This document shows, in pieces, positions 9,871 to 21,781 of a stretch of 64,000 bases of DNA (position 1 is its first letter; each line of letters opens with the position of its first letter). Origin of the DNA: Pseudomonadota bacterium (GTDB lineage Bacteria > Pseudomonadota > Gammaproteobacteria > Pseudomonadales > Pseudomonadaceae); NCBI GenBank assembly GCA_023388335.1, contig JAEWGL010000213.1, positions 14,186-78,185 on the forward strand, read 5' to 3'. The position numbers were made by a program, and so were the translations under genes. Below the pieces are notes generated by a model that saw nothing but the letters and a program-made list of their open reading frames with translations, made no database searches and had not been told where the DNA came from.

Positions 9871-12081
9871 TCAGCTGGAGTGAGCGACGCTGTCCTCCGG
9901 CAGATCATCCAGCGAATCTTCCTGGCCCGGCAACTGGGTGATCACACTGAAGTCCGTGACCTCGACAGCGCCGGCCCCGTAGCCCAGCAGGTGAAACGAA
10001 AACGCCTTGCGCACCCGCGGGTTGTCGAACCTGAACTCGATCTCCAGCGGTCGGTCGGCGGTCACGACCATCTCCCGCGGCAGGCCTACCTGTACGTCCT
10101 GCTCGAACTCCTTGGCCTTGAGCTGGAGGTAGGCATGGTGCTGCGGATCCAGCATGCGCACTTTCAGGCGGACGCGGGTATAGGAACCTTCGGGCATCTC
10201 CAGGTACTGCGCGCCGATCAGGTTATCGACCCAGTCGTCGCGGACCTGCTCGCGCAGCGGCAGTACGTCCGCGCTGCCGAACTGGTAGCGCTGGTTCAGT
10301 GGCGTGCGTAGCAGGGACTGGTCCAGCGCCGCGGCCCGCGCAGTCATGAGCCGGCCGGCAGCCGCATTGTCCTGGCCGAGGTAGTTGGCCTGGTCGGCAA
10401 TGAAGCCCGGGCTGGCATAGCGTCGGCAGCGCTGTTGGAAATCGCATTCGGTAAAGGTGCCTTGGCCATCGTGATAGCGCAGCTTGCCGTTGGTGAAGGA
10501 CATCATCTCGCGGCCGCTGGCATAGTTGCGGAACAGCGAGCGTCCGCTCAGGTGCGCCGGAATGGGCAAGCCGAAGTAATCGAGGAGCGAGGCGCTCAGG
10601 TCGACATGGCCGTAGACGCCGGACTTGAGGCGGGGTAGTTGCGCTTGCTCCGGAGCCAGGGTCAGGTTGAAGCCCCACGAGGAGGCCAGGCGTACGTCTT
10701 CGATACCGTGGGACTCGTCCGAGGTGACCACCACCAGGGTGTCCTTCAAGATCCCCTGGCGCTCCAGGGCATCGAGGAACTCGCCTACGGCATCGTCCAG
10801 GTAGGCGACGGCCGCTTGTTTGCTGGTGTCATAGCGATCCAGGTATTGCTGGGGAGCGGAGTAGGGCTGGTGGGTACCGACAGTCAGCAGGGTGAGCATC
10901 CAGGGCTTGTCCTGCTTGCTGATTTGCCCGACATAGTCCAGGGCGCCTTCGAAGAAGGCCTTGTCATCCTTGCCCCAGGCAAAGTCCAGGTAGTTGGGGT
11001 TGCTGAACCATTCCAGGCCATGGGTCGCATCAAAGCCGATATGCGGCATGATCTTGTCCTTGGCCATGAACCGCAGGCCGGCCCCTTGCAGGAAGTGCGT
11101 GGCAAAACCATGCTGGCGCAGCTGGGCGGGCAGGCATTCCTGATTGCGCTCTTGCTGGGTCAGCAGTTCGACGCCCTTGGGCGTGCCATTGTCGAGCTTG
11201 TCGTAGTCGCCACAGAGCATCGCATACAGGCCACGGATGGTCTGGTGGGTATGCAGGACATAGTCCGGGGTGTTCATTCCCCGCGCCGCCCAGCGGCTGA
11301 GGTTGGGCATGATGTCTTCGTCGAAGCGGCTGTGCAGCGCCTCGCGATTGGGACGCACGTAAGCGCCAGGAATGCCCTCGAGGGTAATCACCAGCAGGTT
11401 GCGGGCTTGGCCGGGGGCGCTCAGCAATGGCGTGCCGCTCAGGTCCGACTGGGTAAGGCCGGCCATGCGCGGCGGCGCTTCGAGCACTTCGCCGGACCAC
11501 CAGGTTTCGGCTTGGCGTTGCGCGTCCCCGACGCCTTCGGCGATCAGTTGATGAGGCAGGTTGAACTGGCGCCACTGGTCTGCATCACTGGGCGCCAGGT
11601 GCTGCGCGCCCCAGTGCGCCACCAGCAGCAGCGCCGGCAGGGCCCATGCTGCGCGAGGCAAGGCCTGGGACGGTTGTCCCCGGTTGGCCCACTGGATTGC
11701 CAACCACAGGATCAGGCCGACCGCCAGCGTGCCGCCTAACCAGGCATGGGCCAGGCCTCCACCGGTCGAGTTCTCGACGAAGTCTGGAGCCAACAAGTAA
11801 TGCAGATCGGCAACCGCCGGCAGCCTGCCGACCGCGCTGACCAGTTCGGCCGAAGCCACTGTCAGGCCCGTCCAGAACAGCAGCAACGGGAAGGCCAGCC
11901 ACCAGGGGCGGCGATGCAACAGGACCACCAGCAGGCTACCGATGGCGATGTCCGAGAGATAGCCGTGCGGATTCGACCAGCCCAGCGCCAGGCGCAGGCA
12001 CAAGGGAAGTAAAAGGACCAGGCCGACCAGGGTTACCAGTCGCGCATGGGGGTGCCGAATCCAGCTAGGGATGCCCTTCAC
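9871..12081 (-). CDS. membrane-anchored sulfatase / LTA-synthase (alkaline phosphatase superfamily) protein
   Basis: 736-aa ORF. GTG start after AGGAAGG. The N-terminal ~170 aa is multi-TM, followed by a sulfatase-type domain (VITLEGIP..., VVVTSDESHG). Confidence 0.8.
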   Translation of the reverse strand: MKGIPSWIRHPHARLVTLVGLVLLLPLCLRLALGWSNPHGYLSDIAIGSLLVVLLHRRPWWLAFPLLLFWTGLTVASAELVSAVGRLPAVADLHYLLAPDFVENSTGGGLAHAWLGGTLAVGLILWLAIQWANRGQPSQALPRAAWALPALLLVAHWGAQHLAPSDADQWRQFNLPHQLIAEGVGDAQRQAETWWSGEVLEAPPRMAGLTQSDLSGTPLLSAPGQARNLLVITLEGIPGAYVRPNREALHSRFDEDIMPNLSRWAARGMNTPDYVLHTHQTIRGLYAMLCGDYDKLDNGTPKGVELLTQQERNQECLPAQLRQHGFATHFLQGAGLRFMAKDKIMPHIGFDATHGLEWFSNPNYLDFAWGKDDKAFFEGALDYVGQISKQDKPWMLTLLTVGTHQPYSAPQQYLDRYDTSKQAAVAYLDDAVGEFLDALERQGILKDTLVVVTSDESHGIEDVRLASSWGFNLTLAPEQAQLPRLKSGVYGHVDLSASLLDYFGLPIPAHLSGRSLFRNYASGREMMSFTNGKLRYHDGQGTFTECDFQQRCRRYASPGFIADQANYLGQDNAAAGRLMTARAAALDQSLLRTPLNQRYQFGSADVLPLREQVRDDWVDNLIGAQYLEMPEGSYTRVRLKVRMLDPQHHAYLQLKAKEFEQDVQVGLPREMVVTADRPLEIEFRFDNPRVRKAFSFHLLGYGAGAVEVTDFSVITQLPGQEDSLDDLPEDSVAHSS

Positions 12082-12234
12082 AAAAAAACCTTCCTGCCAT
12101 CATTGCTTCATATAAGTATGGGGATGATATCAGGGGGCGGGCCTTTTGGCGGACTAATGGGCGCCAGAACGCACGGATGGAGAGCGCGGGTGCGGTATCT
12201 GCACGCTACGGTAGCGCCAAAGTGCATAACAATC

Positions 12235-12825
12235 CTAGGAACGGGGAACAGCGACTCGCACCCTGTCACTGGCTTGGCGCTGCGTGGCGCAGTCTGCCGG
12301 ATGCTCGCCGAGCAGGCGCGTCACGGCGAGCAGGGCCTGGGCGCGCCGTTGCGGCCAGTCGCCCTCGATCACCTGAATCCTTTGCCGATGTTGCGCTAGC
12401 CATTGCCAGCTGTCTTCGAAAAAGGTCTGGCGCTCGCTCAACTGCGGCTGGCAGCGTTGCCCGTCACCGACCCAGTTCACCCCCTGGGGGCTGAGCAGCA
12501 GGTGCAGGTCGTAACGACGCGCGAGCAGCGCCTGCCCGATCCATGGCGGGCAATCCCCGAACAGCACCCGGCTCCACAGCATATTGCTCAGCAGGTGGGT
12601 GTCGAGAATCAACAGTCTTGGCGCATGTTGCCGCGCCCGATCCTCCCACTCCAGCTGGCCTCGGGCGATCGGCGTGATGTCTGCATAGCAGGTGTCGCGC
12701 TGCTCCTGGTCAATGAAATGGCGCACGTATTCGCCAACCACCTCGCCGCCGAAGTGCGCCTGGATCTCGCCACTGAGCCAGCTCTTGCCGCTGGATTCGG
12801 GACCGCACAGCACCAGGACTTTCAT
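12235..12825 (-). CDS. NadR-type ribosylnicotinamide kinase-like P-loop ATPase (kinase domain only)
   Basis: 196-aa ORF with Walker A GPESSGKS. Its ATG overlaps the pnuC stop (ATGA at 12822..12825). Confidence 0.7.
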   Translation of the reverse strand: MKVLVLCGPESSGKSWLSGEIQAHFGGEVVGEYVRHFIDQEQRDTCYADITPIARGQLEWEDRARQHAPRLLILDTHLLSNMLWSRVLFGDCPPWIGQALLARRYDLHLLLSPQGVNWVGDGQRCQPQLSERQTFFEDSWQWLAQHRQRIQVIEGDWPQRRAQALLAVTRLLGEHPADCATQRQASDRVRVAVPRS

Positions 12826-13388
12826 GCCGCCACCAACGCGGGGTCACGCCGCCATTGTTGCCAGCCGCGCAGGGCGATCACGGTGAACAGGGCATATAGC
12901 GCGGCCGTCAGATACAGCGCCTTGTACAGGAACAGCCCAACGAAGATCACATCCAGCACGGCCCACAGCGGCCAGCATTGCACGCGTTTTTGCGCCATCC
13001 ACACTTGCGCGACCAGGCTGAAACCGGTCAGCGCGGCGTCCAGCCAAGGCTGCGCGGCGTCGGTCCAGGTCGCCATGGCGGCGCCCAGGGCCAGGCTTGC
13101 GAGCAACCCCACGCCCAGCCCGGCGAGCATCGGCGCGGTGTCCAGGCGGCTGACCTGGCGCGCGTCCTCGACCCGCTCCGGGCGTGTCCATTGCCACCAG
13201 CCGTACAGCTGCAGCACCGCGTACATCAGTTGCAGCAGCATGTCCGAATACAGCCGCACCTCGTAGAAGATCCAGCTGTAGAGCAGCACCATCACCAGGC
13301 CGATCGGCCAGCACCAAGGGTTCTGCTTGACGGTGAGCCAGACGGCGATGACACCGAGCACGGCGGCGAAGAGTTCCAGGCCGGACAT
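12822..13388 (-). CDS. pnuC: nicotinamide riboside transporter PnuC
   Basis: Internal ATG at 13388 gives MSGLELFAAVLGVIAVWLTVKQNPWCWPIGL, a typical PnuC N-terminus. Multi-TM protein, coupled to the NadR-like kinase. Confidence 0.8.
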   Translation of the reverse strand: MSGLELFAAVLGVIAVWLTVKQNPWCWPIGLVMVLLYSWIFYEVRLYSDMLLQLMYAVLQLYGWWQWTRPERVEDARQVSRLDTAPMLAGLGVGLLASLALGAAMATWTDAAQPWLDAALTGFSLVAQVWMAQKRVQCWPLWAVLDVIFVGLFLYKALYLTAALYALFTVIALRGWQQWRRDPALVAA

Positions 13389-13474
13389 CGGCGATCCTTG
13401 GCGGCTGCAAAAAGGGGGCGATTGTAGCTTGCCTGAGCGGGCGCAGGCCACACGCCCCTTGATCAAACGCTGGA

Positions 13475-15109
13475 TTACACGTGGAACTGACGCAACAACT
13501 GCTCCAGCTCATCGCTCAAGCGCCCCAGCGCCGCGCCGGCTTGGCTGGATTGCTGCGCGGCCTCGGCGGTTTGTTGTGACAGGCCGGCGGTCTCGGTGAC
13601 ATTGCGGTTGATCTCTTCAACCACGTGCGATTGCTGCAGGGTAGCGCTGGCAATCGAGGCATTGAGGGCGGTGAGGTTGTGCAGGGCCTGGCTGATGGCG
13701 TCGAGGCTGTCCCCCGCCTGGCGGGCTTCCTGCACCGTTTGGCGGGACGCTTCGCTGCTGGCGTCGATGGCTTGGACTGCGGCATCGGACTGACCTTGCA
13801 GGTGCTCGATCATGCTCTGGATTTCAGCAGTGGATTGCTGGGTGCGTTGCGCCAGCAGGCGCACCTCGTCGGCGACCACGGCGAAGCCACGGCCTTGTTC
13901 CCCGGCCCGAGCCGCTTCGATGGCGGCGTTGAGGGCCAGCAGGTTGGTCTGCTCGGCGATCGAGCGGATCACCTCCAACACCCCGCCGATGCGCGTGCTC
14001 TGCCCAGCCAGGGTGCGGATCACCTCCACCGCCTTGTCGATGGTCGCCGAAAGCCGGTCGATCTGCAGCAAGCTGCCGTGGATGGCCTGCTGGCCCTGTT
14101 GCACCTGCTGCTGGGCGTCGTGCATTTCGCTGGAGGCTTGCTCGGCGCTCTTGGCCACGTCCTGCACGGCATAACTGACTTCGTTGATCGCGGTCGCTAC
14201 CTGGTCCATCTGCAGCGATTGCTGGGCGCTGCGTTGCTGGGCCTGGCCTGCATTGTCGCCGACCTGCGAGGCCGAATGAGCCAGGGCATGGGCCGTCCCC
14301 TGCAGTTGGCCGACCACCCCTTGCAGCTTGCCGTTGAAGCGGTTGAAGTGTTCGCCCAGGTAGGTGATCTCGTCACGGCCATGGGTGTCCAGGCGTCGGC
14401 TGAGGTCGCTCTCGCCGCTGGCGATATTGCCCATCGCCTGCACGGCGTCTTGCAGCGGCCCGGCGATGCTGCGGGCGATCAGCAGCACCAGTACGGCCAT
14501 CAGCACGGCGATACCAAGTACCATCAGCGAGGCGTCGCGCACCTGCCGGGCGAATTCGGCCTGCATGTCGTCGATGTATACGCCCGAGCCGATCACCCAG
14601 CCCCAGGGCTTGAACAGCTGGATGTACGATGTCTTGGCTACCGGCTCGCTGGCACCGGGCCTGGGCCAACGGTAGTCGACCGTGCCGGCGCCCTGGCTGC
14701 GGGCGAGGGCGACCATCTCGTTGAATACGGCGAAGCCGTCCGGATCGCGGATGCCCGAGAGGTCTTGGCCGTCGAGCTTGGGATTGGCGGGGTGCATGAC
14801 CATCCTGGGGCCCAGGTCGTTGATCCAGAAATAGTCATCCTGGTCATAACGCAGGCCACGCACCACGCTCAGTGCCTGTTGCTGGGCCGCTTCGCGGCTT
14901 AGGGCGCCGGCCGCTTCCAGGCCCTGGTAATACGCCAGCACCCCAACGCTGACCTCGACCACATGGCGGGTCTGCTGGGCCTTGGCCTGATAGAGGTCAC
15001 CGTGGGTCTGGCGCAGCATCAGCGCGCCCAAGGCCATCAGCATCATTACCGCCACCAGCAGGATCAGCCACAAGCGGCGGCTGATGGACATCGCCCTCAG
15101 TGTCTTCAT
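13475..15109 (-). CDS. methyl-accepting chemotaxis protein with periplasmic Cache-type sensor
   Basis: 544-aa ORF with TM, sensor, TM, HAMP and MA domains. Contains the highly conserved signalling hairpin [37 protein letters not shown]. Confidence 0.95.
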   Translation of the reverse strand: MKTLRAMSISRRLWLILLVAVMMLMALGALMLRQTHGDLYQAKAQQTRHVVEVSVGVLAYYQGLEAAGALSREAAQQQALSVVRGLRYDQDDYFWINDLGPRMVMHPANPKLDGQDLSGIRDPDGFAVFNEMVALARSQGAGTVDYRWPRPGASEPVAKTSYIQLFKPWGWVIGSGVYIDDMQAEFARQVRDASLMVLGIAVLMAVLVLLIARSIAGPLQDAVQAMGNIASGESDLSRRLDTHGRDEITYLGEHFNRFNGKLQGVVGQLQGTAHALAHSASQVGDNAGQAQQRSAQQSLQMDQVATAINEVSYAVQDVAKSAEQASSEMHDAQQQVQQGQQAIHGSLLQIDRLSATIDKAVEVIRTLAGQSTRIGGVLEVIRSIAEQTNLLALNAAIEAARAGEQGRGFAVVADEVRLLAQRTQQSTAEIQSMIEHLQGQSDAAVQAIDASSEASRQTVQEARQAGDSLDAISQALHNLTALNASIASATLQQSHVVEEINRNVTETAGLSQQTAEAAQQSSQAGAALGRLSDELEQLLRQFHV

Positions 15110-15405
15110 GAACCATTACTCCGTCTTTTTTTATTGTTGCGGGCATCCAAGCACGCTTTCTCCCCCGCCCACACCCGACCAAGGGCTAAGTGTCTGGTTT
15201 GGCGTCCTATGTCACGTCGACGCGAGCCATTGCCAAGGCACTCTGATAGGATCTCGGCCGCCTTGGATGAAACCTTTAGGCTGCATGAACTTTTCAACTG
15301 GCTTTGCGACCAGGCGTCGCTGTAAAACAGCCGAGCCGTTCGCGGCACAATTACGAAATCAAAGAAGAAACGGACCTGCACCGCGCAGCGTTCCAGGGGG
15401 AAATA

Positions 15406-16236
15406 ATGGATTTTTGGAGCGCCTTGCAAGCCGTCATACTGGGGATCGTCGAGGGCTTGACCGAGTTCTTGCCAATCTCCAGTACCGGCCACCAGATCAT
15501 CGTGGCCGACCTGATCAACTTCGGTGGTGAGCGGGCCATGGCCTTCAACATCATCATCCAACTGGGCGCGATCCTGGCGGTGGTCTGGGAATTCCGGCGC
15601 AAGGTCCTCGACGTGGTGATTGGCCTGCCGCGCGAGCGTACGGCGCAGCGCTTTACCAGCAACCTGCTGATTGCCTTCATGCCGGCGGTGGTGCTCGGCG
15701 TGCTGTTCGCCGACCTGATCCACGAATACCTGTTCAACCCGATCACCGTGGCCGCCGCCTTGGTCATCGGTGGGGTGATCATGCTCTGGGCCGAGCGCCG
15801 GGAGCACAAGGTGGCGGTCGATCACGTCGACGAGATGAACTGGAGTCACGCCTTGAAGATCGGGTTGGTGCAGTGCCTGGCGATGATCCCCGGGACCTCG
15901 CGTTCGGGTTCGACCATCATCGGCGGCCTGCTGTTCGGCCTGTCGCGCAAAGCAGCCACCGAGTTCTCGTTCTTCCTGGCCATGCCGACCATGGTGGGTG
16001 CGGCGGTGTACTCGGGCTACAAGTACCGTGAATTGTTCCAGCCGGACGACTTCCCGGTGTTCGCCATCGGCTTCGTGGTGTCGTTCATCTTCGCCATGAT
16101 CGCCGTGCGCGGCCTGCTCAAGTTCATCGCCAACCACAGTTACGCGGTGTTCGCCTGGTACCGCATCGCCTTTGGCCTGTTGATCCTCGCTACCTGGCAG
16201 TTCGGCTGGATCGACTGGGCGACGGCGCAAGGTTGA
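15406..16236 (+). CDS. uppP: undecaprenyl-diphosphate phosphatase
   Basis: ATG at 15406 gives [29 protein letters not shown], the canonical BacA/UppP N-terminus. The [10 protein letters not shown] motif is present. Confidence 0.95.
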   Translation: MDFWSALQAVILGIVEGLTEFLPISSTGHQIIVADLINFGGERAMAFNIIIQLGAILAVVWEFRRKVLDVVIGLPRERTAQRFTSNLLIAFMPAVVLGVLFADLIHEYLFNPITVAAALVIGGVIMLWAERREHKVAVDHVDEMNWSHALKIGLVQCLAMIPGTSRSGSTIIGGLLFGLSRKAATEFSFFLAMPTMVGAAVYSGYKYRELFQPDDFPVFAIGFVVSFIFAMIAVRGLLKFIANHSYAVFAWYRIAFGLLILATWQFGWIDWATAQG

Positions 16237-16238
16237 GC

Positions 16239-16685
16239 ATGGGCCGCGGTCCATCGAGCGCGCGCCGCGCGGCTAGTCAGGAGACGCCGCTGCGCGATCC
16301 GCGCACCAAGCTGCTGGCGTTCGCGGCGCTGTGCCTGCTGCCGCTGGGTGGGGCTGTGCAGATGGCACTTGGCGGCACCTCATGGTTGCCGCTGCTGGCC
16401 TACCTGCTGGTCAGCCTGCTGAGCCTGCTGTTGTACTGGCAGGACAAGCGCCAGGCACGGGTGCAAGGCCCGCGCACGCCGGAGAAAGTGCTGCACGCCA
16501 GCGAGCTGTGCGGCGGCTGGCCTGGGGCGTTGCTGGCCCAGCAGCTGTTTCGCCACAAGACTCGCAAGCCCTCCTACCAGGTGACGTTCTGGGCCATCGT
16601 CGCTGTGCACCAGCTTTTCTGGGTCGACCACCTGCTGCTGGATGGCCAGTGGCTGGGCACGGCCGTGGGGCCATTGCTCAGATAA
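16239..16685 (+). CDS. DUF1294 family membrane protein
   Basis: YWQDKRQA...RTPEKVLHASELCGGWPGALLAQQLFRHKTRKPSYQ is the DUF1294 signature as I recall it. The start is uncertain: TTG at 16233 overlaps the uppP stop, ATG at 16239. Confidence 0.7.
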   Translation: MGRGPSSARRAASQETPLRDPRTKLLAFAALCLLPLGGAVQMALGGTSWLPLLAYLLVSLLSLLLYWQDKRQARVQGPRTPEKVLHASELCGGWPGALLAQQLFRHKTRKPSYQVTFWAIVAVHQLFWVDHLLLDGQWLGTAVGPLLR

Positions 16686-17037
16686 GCAATCCGGGCTGCT
16701 GACGTTTGGGCAGGCGCTGCACCACCAGCTGGTGCGAGCGCTGCAGCAGCGCGCTGAGCTCGTCGCGTCCCATGGGGTAGGGTGGCGCCATGCTGATCCA
16801 GTGCGCCCGCGCCAGGTACGGTGCCGGGCGCACGCCCGGGCGGTCGACGTAGCCCAGAAACAGCGCGCTGTCGACCTTGAACGACAACCCGGCGCCGGCC
16901 AGGTCCAGTACCGCGAACATCTTGTTGCCCGCCACCGAGAACACCCGTACGCCACCCCATTTGTAGTCTTCCCGCGCGCCAGGCAGGCTCAGGCACAGCG
17001 CCACCACCTGCTCGGGGGTCATTCTTTTGTCAGACAT
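16678..17037 (-). CDS. MmcQ/YjbR family DNA-binding protein
   Basis: ATG at 17037 gives MSDKRMTPEQVVALCLSLPGAREDYKWGGVRVFSVAGNKMFAVL, typical of YjbR. The N-terminal 109 aa of the tracked ORF overlaps the LysR gene and is rejected. Confidence 0.7.
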   Translation of the reverse strand: MSDKRMTPEQVVALCLSLPGAREDYKWGGVRVFSVAGNKMFAVLDLAGAGLSFKVDSALFLGYVDRPGVRPAPYLARAHWISMAPPYPMGRDELSALLQRSHQLVVQRLPKRQQPGLLI

Positions 17038-17932
17038 AGCGCTCTCCACACGCCTCGAACGAGGCCACCAGATGGTCGATCCACACGCGCACGGCAGGCA
17101 ATACTCCACGCCGGTGCGTATACACTGCCTGCAGGTAGCCGCCGGCAAGCGACCAGTCTGGGAGCAGGCGCACCAGCTCGCCACGTTCCAGCTCCTGCTC
17201 GCAGTACATGATGGGCAGCGCGGTGAAGCCCAGGCCAGCCATGGCCGCCGTCTTGCGCACCACGAAATCGTCGATCGCCAGGCGCGCTTCCACCGCCACC
17301 TCCTGCTGTTGATCCCTGGGCCCGTACAGGCGCAGGTGCACCAGGCGGTCGGCTTCCACGGCACCTAGCGCCGGCATCTGTGCAAGCTGGGCTGGCTCGC
17401 GTACATGATTGGCAAAGCCCGGCGCGGCCACCAGTTGCATCTGTGCCTGGCGCAGACGGCGCGTCACCAGGGCTGGGTCCTCATCGCCCAGTTCACGCAC
17501 CCGCAGCGCCACGTCTACACCTTCGCCGACCAGGTCGACGCGGCGGTTGACCAGCACCATGTCCAGGTGCACCTGCGGGTACTGCTTGAGAAAGCGGGTA
17601 ATCACATCAGGCAGGAACGCCGTGGCCAGGGCCACTGGACAGGACACCCGCAGGCGCCCGCGCGGTTCGCTGGTCATGCTCGCCACGGCCTCGTCAGCCA
17701 TCTCGGCCTCCAGCAGCATGGCCTGGCAGTGGCGCAGGTAACGCTCGCCCACCGCGGTGAGCTTGAGTTGTCGGGTGGTGCGCTGCAGCAGACGCGTGCC
17801 CAGGCGCTCTTCGAGCTCGGCAATGCGCCGCGACAGGCGTGACTTGGGAATACCCAACAGGCGGCCGGCGGCGGCGAAGCCACCGGCTTCGACCACGCGG
17901 GTGAAGTAGAACAGGTCGTTGAGGTCTTGCAT
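17030..17932 (-). CDS. LysR family transcriptional regulator
   Basis: ATG at 17932 gives MQDLNDLFYFTRVVEAGGFAAAGRLLGIPKSRLSRRIAELE (wHTH). Divergent from azoR. Confidence 0.9.
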   Translation of the reverse strand: MQDLNDLFYFTRVVEAGGFAAAGRLLGIPKSRLSRRIAELEERLGTRLLQRTTRQLKLTAVGERYLRHCQAMLLEAEMADEAVASMTSEPRGRLRVSCPVALATAFLPDVITRFLKQYPQVHLDMVLVNRRVDLVGEGVDVALRVRELGDEDPALVTRRLRQAQMQLVAAPGFANHVREPAQLAQMPALGAVEADRLVHLRLYGPRDQQQEVAVEARLAIDDFVVRKTAAMAGLGFTALPIMYCEQELERGELVRLLPDWSLAGGYLQAVYTHRRGVLPAVRVWIDHLVASFEACGERYV

Positions 17933-17944
17933 GCGGAAGGTCCA

Positions 17945-17964
17945 TTGTCCTATCTGTGGGACAA
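17945..17964. promoter_or_regulatory. candidate LysR-type operator
   Basis: Perfect inverted repeat TTGTCC-N8-GGACAA, 13 nt upstream of the LysR start, in the LysR/azoR divergent region. Confidence 0.4.
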
Positions 17965-18063
17965 AGTAATGCATTTTTGCAGGCTTATCAGCTATTCGCC
18001 GGACCTGTAGGATTCTCTCCATCGTGATCGCCCCCGCTGCGGTCTTCATTACAGGAGAGTCCC

Positions 18064-18675
18064 ATGAAACTGTTGCACATCGATTCGAGCATCTTGGGCG
18101 ACAATTCCGCCTCGCGCCAACTGAGCCACAGCGTCGTCGAAGCCTGGAAGGCAGCGGACCCGAGCATTGAAGTGATCTACCGCGACCTCGCCGCGGACGC
18201 GATCAGCCATTTCTCCGCCGCCACCCTGGTGGCCGCAGGGACTCCGGAAGCGGTGCGCGATGCCGCGCAGGCTCACGAAGCGCGCCTGAGCACCGAGACC
18301 CTGGAAGAATTCCTGGCCGCCGATGCTGTGGTCATCGGTGCACCGATGTACAACTTCAGCGTACCGACCCAACTCAAGGCCTGGATCGATCGCGTCGCCG
18401 TGGCGGGCAAGACTTTCCGCTACACCGAAGCCGGCCCTGAAGGCCTGTGCGGTGACAAGAAGGTGGTGCTGGTGTCCACCGCCGGTGGCCTGCACGCCGA
18501 CCAGCCGACCGGGGTCGGCCACGAAGACTTCCTCAAGGTGTTCCTCGGCTTCATCGGCATCACCGACCTTGAGATCGTTCGTGCCCACGGCCTGGCCTAT
18601 GGGCCGGAGCAGCGCACCCAGGCCATCGACGCCGCCCAGGCACAGATCGCCAATAAGCTGTTTGCCGCCGCCTGA
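18064..18675 (+). CDS. azoR: FMN-dependent NADH-azoreductase
   Basis: 203-aa [24 protein letters not shown]...[27 protein letters not shown]. Confidence 0.9.
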   Translation: MKLLHIDSSILGDNSASRQLSHSVVEAWKAADPSIEVIYRDLAADAISHFSAATLVAAGTPEAVRDAAQAHEARLSTETLEEFLAADAVVIGAPMYNFSVPTQLKAWIDRVAVAGKTFRYTEAGPEGLCGDKKVVLVSTAGGLHADQPTGVGHEDFLKVFLGFIGITDLEIVRAHGLAYGPEQRTQAIDAAQAQIANKLFAAA

Positions 18676-18686
18676 GTCAGGATCTA

Positions 18687-18726
18687 AAAAAGCCGGCTGT
18701 CGCCTTGGGTGGCGGCCGGCTTTTTC
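18687..18726. terminator. bidirectional rho-independent terminator between convergent azoR and MFS genes
   Basis: AAAAAAGCCGGCTGTCGCC-TTGG-GTGGCGGCCGGCTTTTT: a GC-rich hairpin flanked by an A-run and a T-run. Confidence 0.6.
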
Positions 18727-19927
18727 ATGCCGAAGGCGCTGGCGAGCGCGCTCGGCGGGCGAGCAGCAGGGTCAGGCCGACGCCCGCCAATGCCAGCAGT
18801 GAGGCAACGCAGAAGATCGAGGCGTAGCCCAGGTGTGCAGCCACCGCGCCCATCACTGGGCCGGAGATGGCCAGGGCCAGGTCGAAGAACACGGCGTAGG
18901 CCCCAAGCCCCGCGCCCCGGCTGCTGCTGGGCACCTGCCTGATGGCTTCCACTCCCAGCGCCGGGTACACCAGTGACAGGCCAAACCCGGTCAGCCCGGC
19001 CCCGAGCAACGACCAGACGGGCGAGGGCGCCAGCCACAGCAGTGCCAGGCCCAGCACTTCGGTGCTCATGCAGGCGATGGCCACGCTGTAGCCGCCGAAG
19101 CGGTTGACCGCATTGACGAACAGCAGCCGCGAGAGGATGAAGCACAGGCCGAACGCACTCAGGCACCAGGCTGCGCCGATCCAGCCACGCTCCAGATAGT
19201 ACAGGGTGACGAAGGTGGTCAGCGTGCCATAGCCGATCGAGGCCAGGGTCAGCCCGACGCCGCAGGGCGCGACGCGCGCGAAAGCCGCCCAGAAGGGCAG
19301 TCGTTCGCCGCGCACCACGCTGATGTCGGTGCGTTTGCGCAGCACCGGCAGGGCGAGCAGGGCGAGGACCAGCAATGCAGGACCAAGCGCGCTGAAGTCC
19401 AGGGCATCGACCATCAGCACGCCGACCGGCGCGCCAATGGCGATGGCGCCGTAGGAGGCGATGCCGTTCCAAGAGATCACCCTGGCCGTGTGCTCGGCAC
19501 CGACCTGGCCAATCCCCCAGCTCAAGGTGGCCACGCCGATCAGGCCTTGGGCGATGCCCAGCAACAAGCGACCCACCAACAGCAACCCGAGACTCAGCAG
19601 CGGCAGGCTGAGCGTCCAGGCCGACAGCAAGGTCAACACGCCACAGGCGGCAATGCCATATAGGCCATAGCGGATCGCCTGCTTGCCGCCCAGGCTGTCC
19701 GCGACTCGTCCGGCGAATGGCCGGCTGAGCAACGTCGCCAGGTACTGCAGGCCAATGGTCACCCCGGCGACCACCGCGCCGAAGCCCAGCTGGTCGTGCA
19801 CATAGCCAGGCAGGACCGCGATCGGCAGGCCGATGCAGAGGAAGGCGATGAAGGTATAGAAGACGATCGACAGGATTTGCGTGGTGATCGAAAGCGTGCT
19901 GGCGGGGGCAGGCTGGTGCGCGGTCAT
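18725..19927 (-). CDS. MFS transporter (12-TM, YfcJ/YhhS-like)
   Basis: 400-aa hydrophobic ORF containing the MFS loop motif SRPFAGRVADSLGGKQ. Confidence 0.85.
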   Translation of the reverse strand: MTAHQPAPASTLSITTQILSIVFYTFIAFLCIGLPIAVLPGYVHDQLGFGAVVAGVTIGLQYLATLLSRPFAGRVADSLGGKQAIRYGLYGIAACGVLTLLSAWTLSLPLLSLGLLLVGRLLLGIAQGLIGVATLSWGIGQVGAEHTARVISWNGIASYGAIAIGAPVGVLMVDALDFSALGPALLVLALLALPVLRKRTDISVVRGERLPFWAAFARVAPCGVGLTLASIGYGTLTTFVTLYYLERGWIGAAWCLSAFGLCFILSRLLFVNAVNRFGGYSVAIACMSTEVLGLALLWLAPSPVWSLLGAGLTGFGLSLVYPALGVEAIRQVPSSSRGAGLGAYAVFFDLALAISGPVMGAVAAHLGYASIFCVASLLALAGVGLTLLLARRARSPAPSA

Positions 19928-20132
19928 GGGCTCGTTCGCTTGCGGGCGGGCGTAGGACCATGATGGCTGGCGGGCGGGGGAAATGAAAGCAGGCTAACGG
20001 ATTATTCGTCGGCTAGCGCCCTCACCTCAACACGGTACAACGGGCTGGGGTGAGGGGTACCGGACGAATCGCAGTCGGCCTGAAGCCTCTTCCTACGGGA
20101 GAAGTTTCAGGCCAACGAAGGACTATCGAGCC

Positions 20133-21719
<1,587 letters not shown>

Positions 21720-21781
21720 AGGGCTTACCTATCAATAACTTACGCAGCTGGAATTTCCGCTGATACCAATTTGATACCAAT

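Noticed and set aside
13625-14902. 425-aa ORF on the + strand. The same reasoning covers other long antisense or alternative-frame ORFs (8831..9814, 29707..31041, 36361..37272, 37693..38811, 41732..42895, 45272..46354, 10639..11739, 4404..5297, 7184..7912, 27283..28287, 44309..44926 and 59816..60523), the same-strand alternative frames 18684..19961 and 34443..35180, and similar cases.
   Set aside because: Each overlaps a gene with strong family signatures on the opposite strand or in another frame. None has an RBS or recognisable motifs. Such ORFs are expected in ~63 percent GC DNA.
15106-16254. 382-aa ORF on the - strand.
   Set aside because: It is antisense to uppP, whose canonical motifs are on the + strand. 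The translation is His/Asp/Arg/Gly-rich with no motif.
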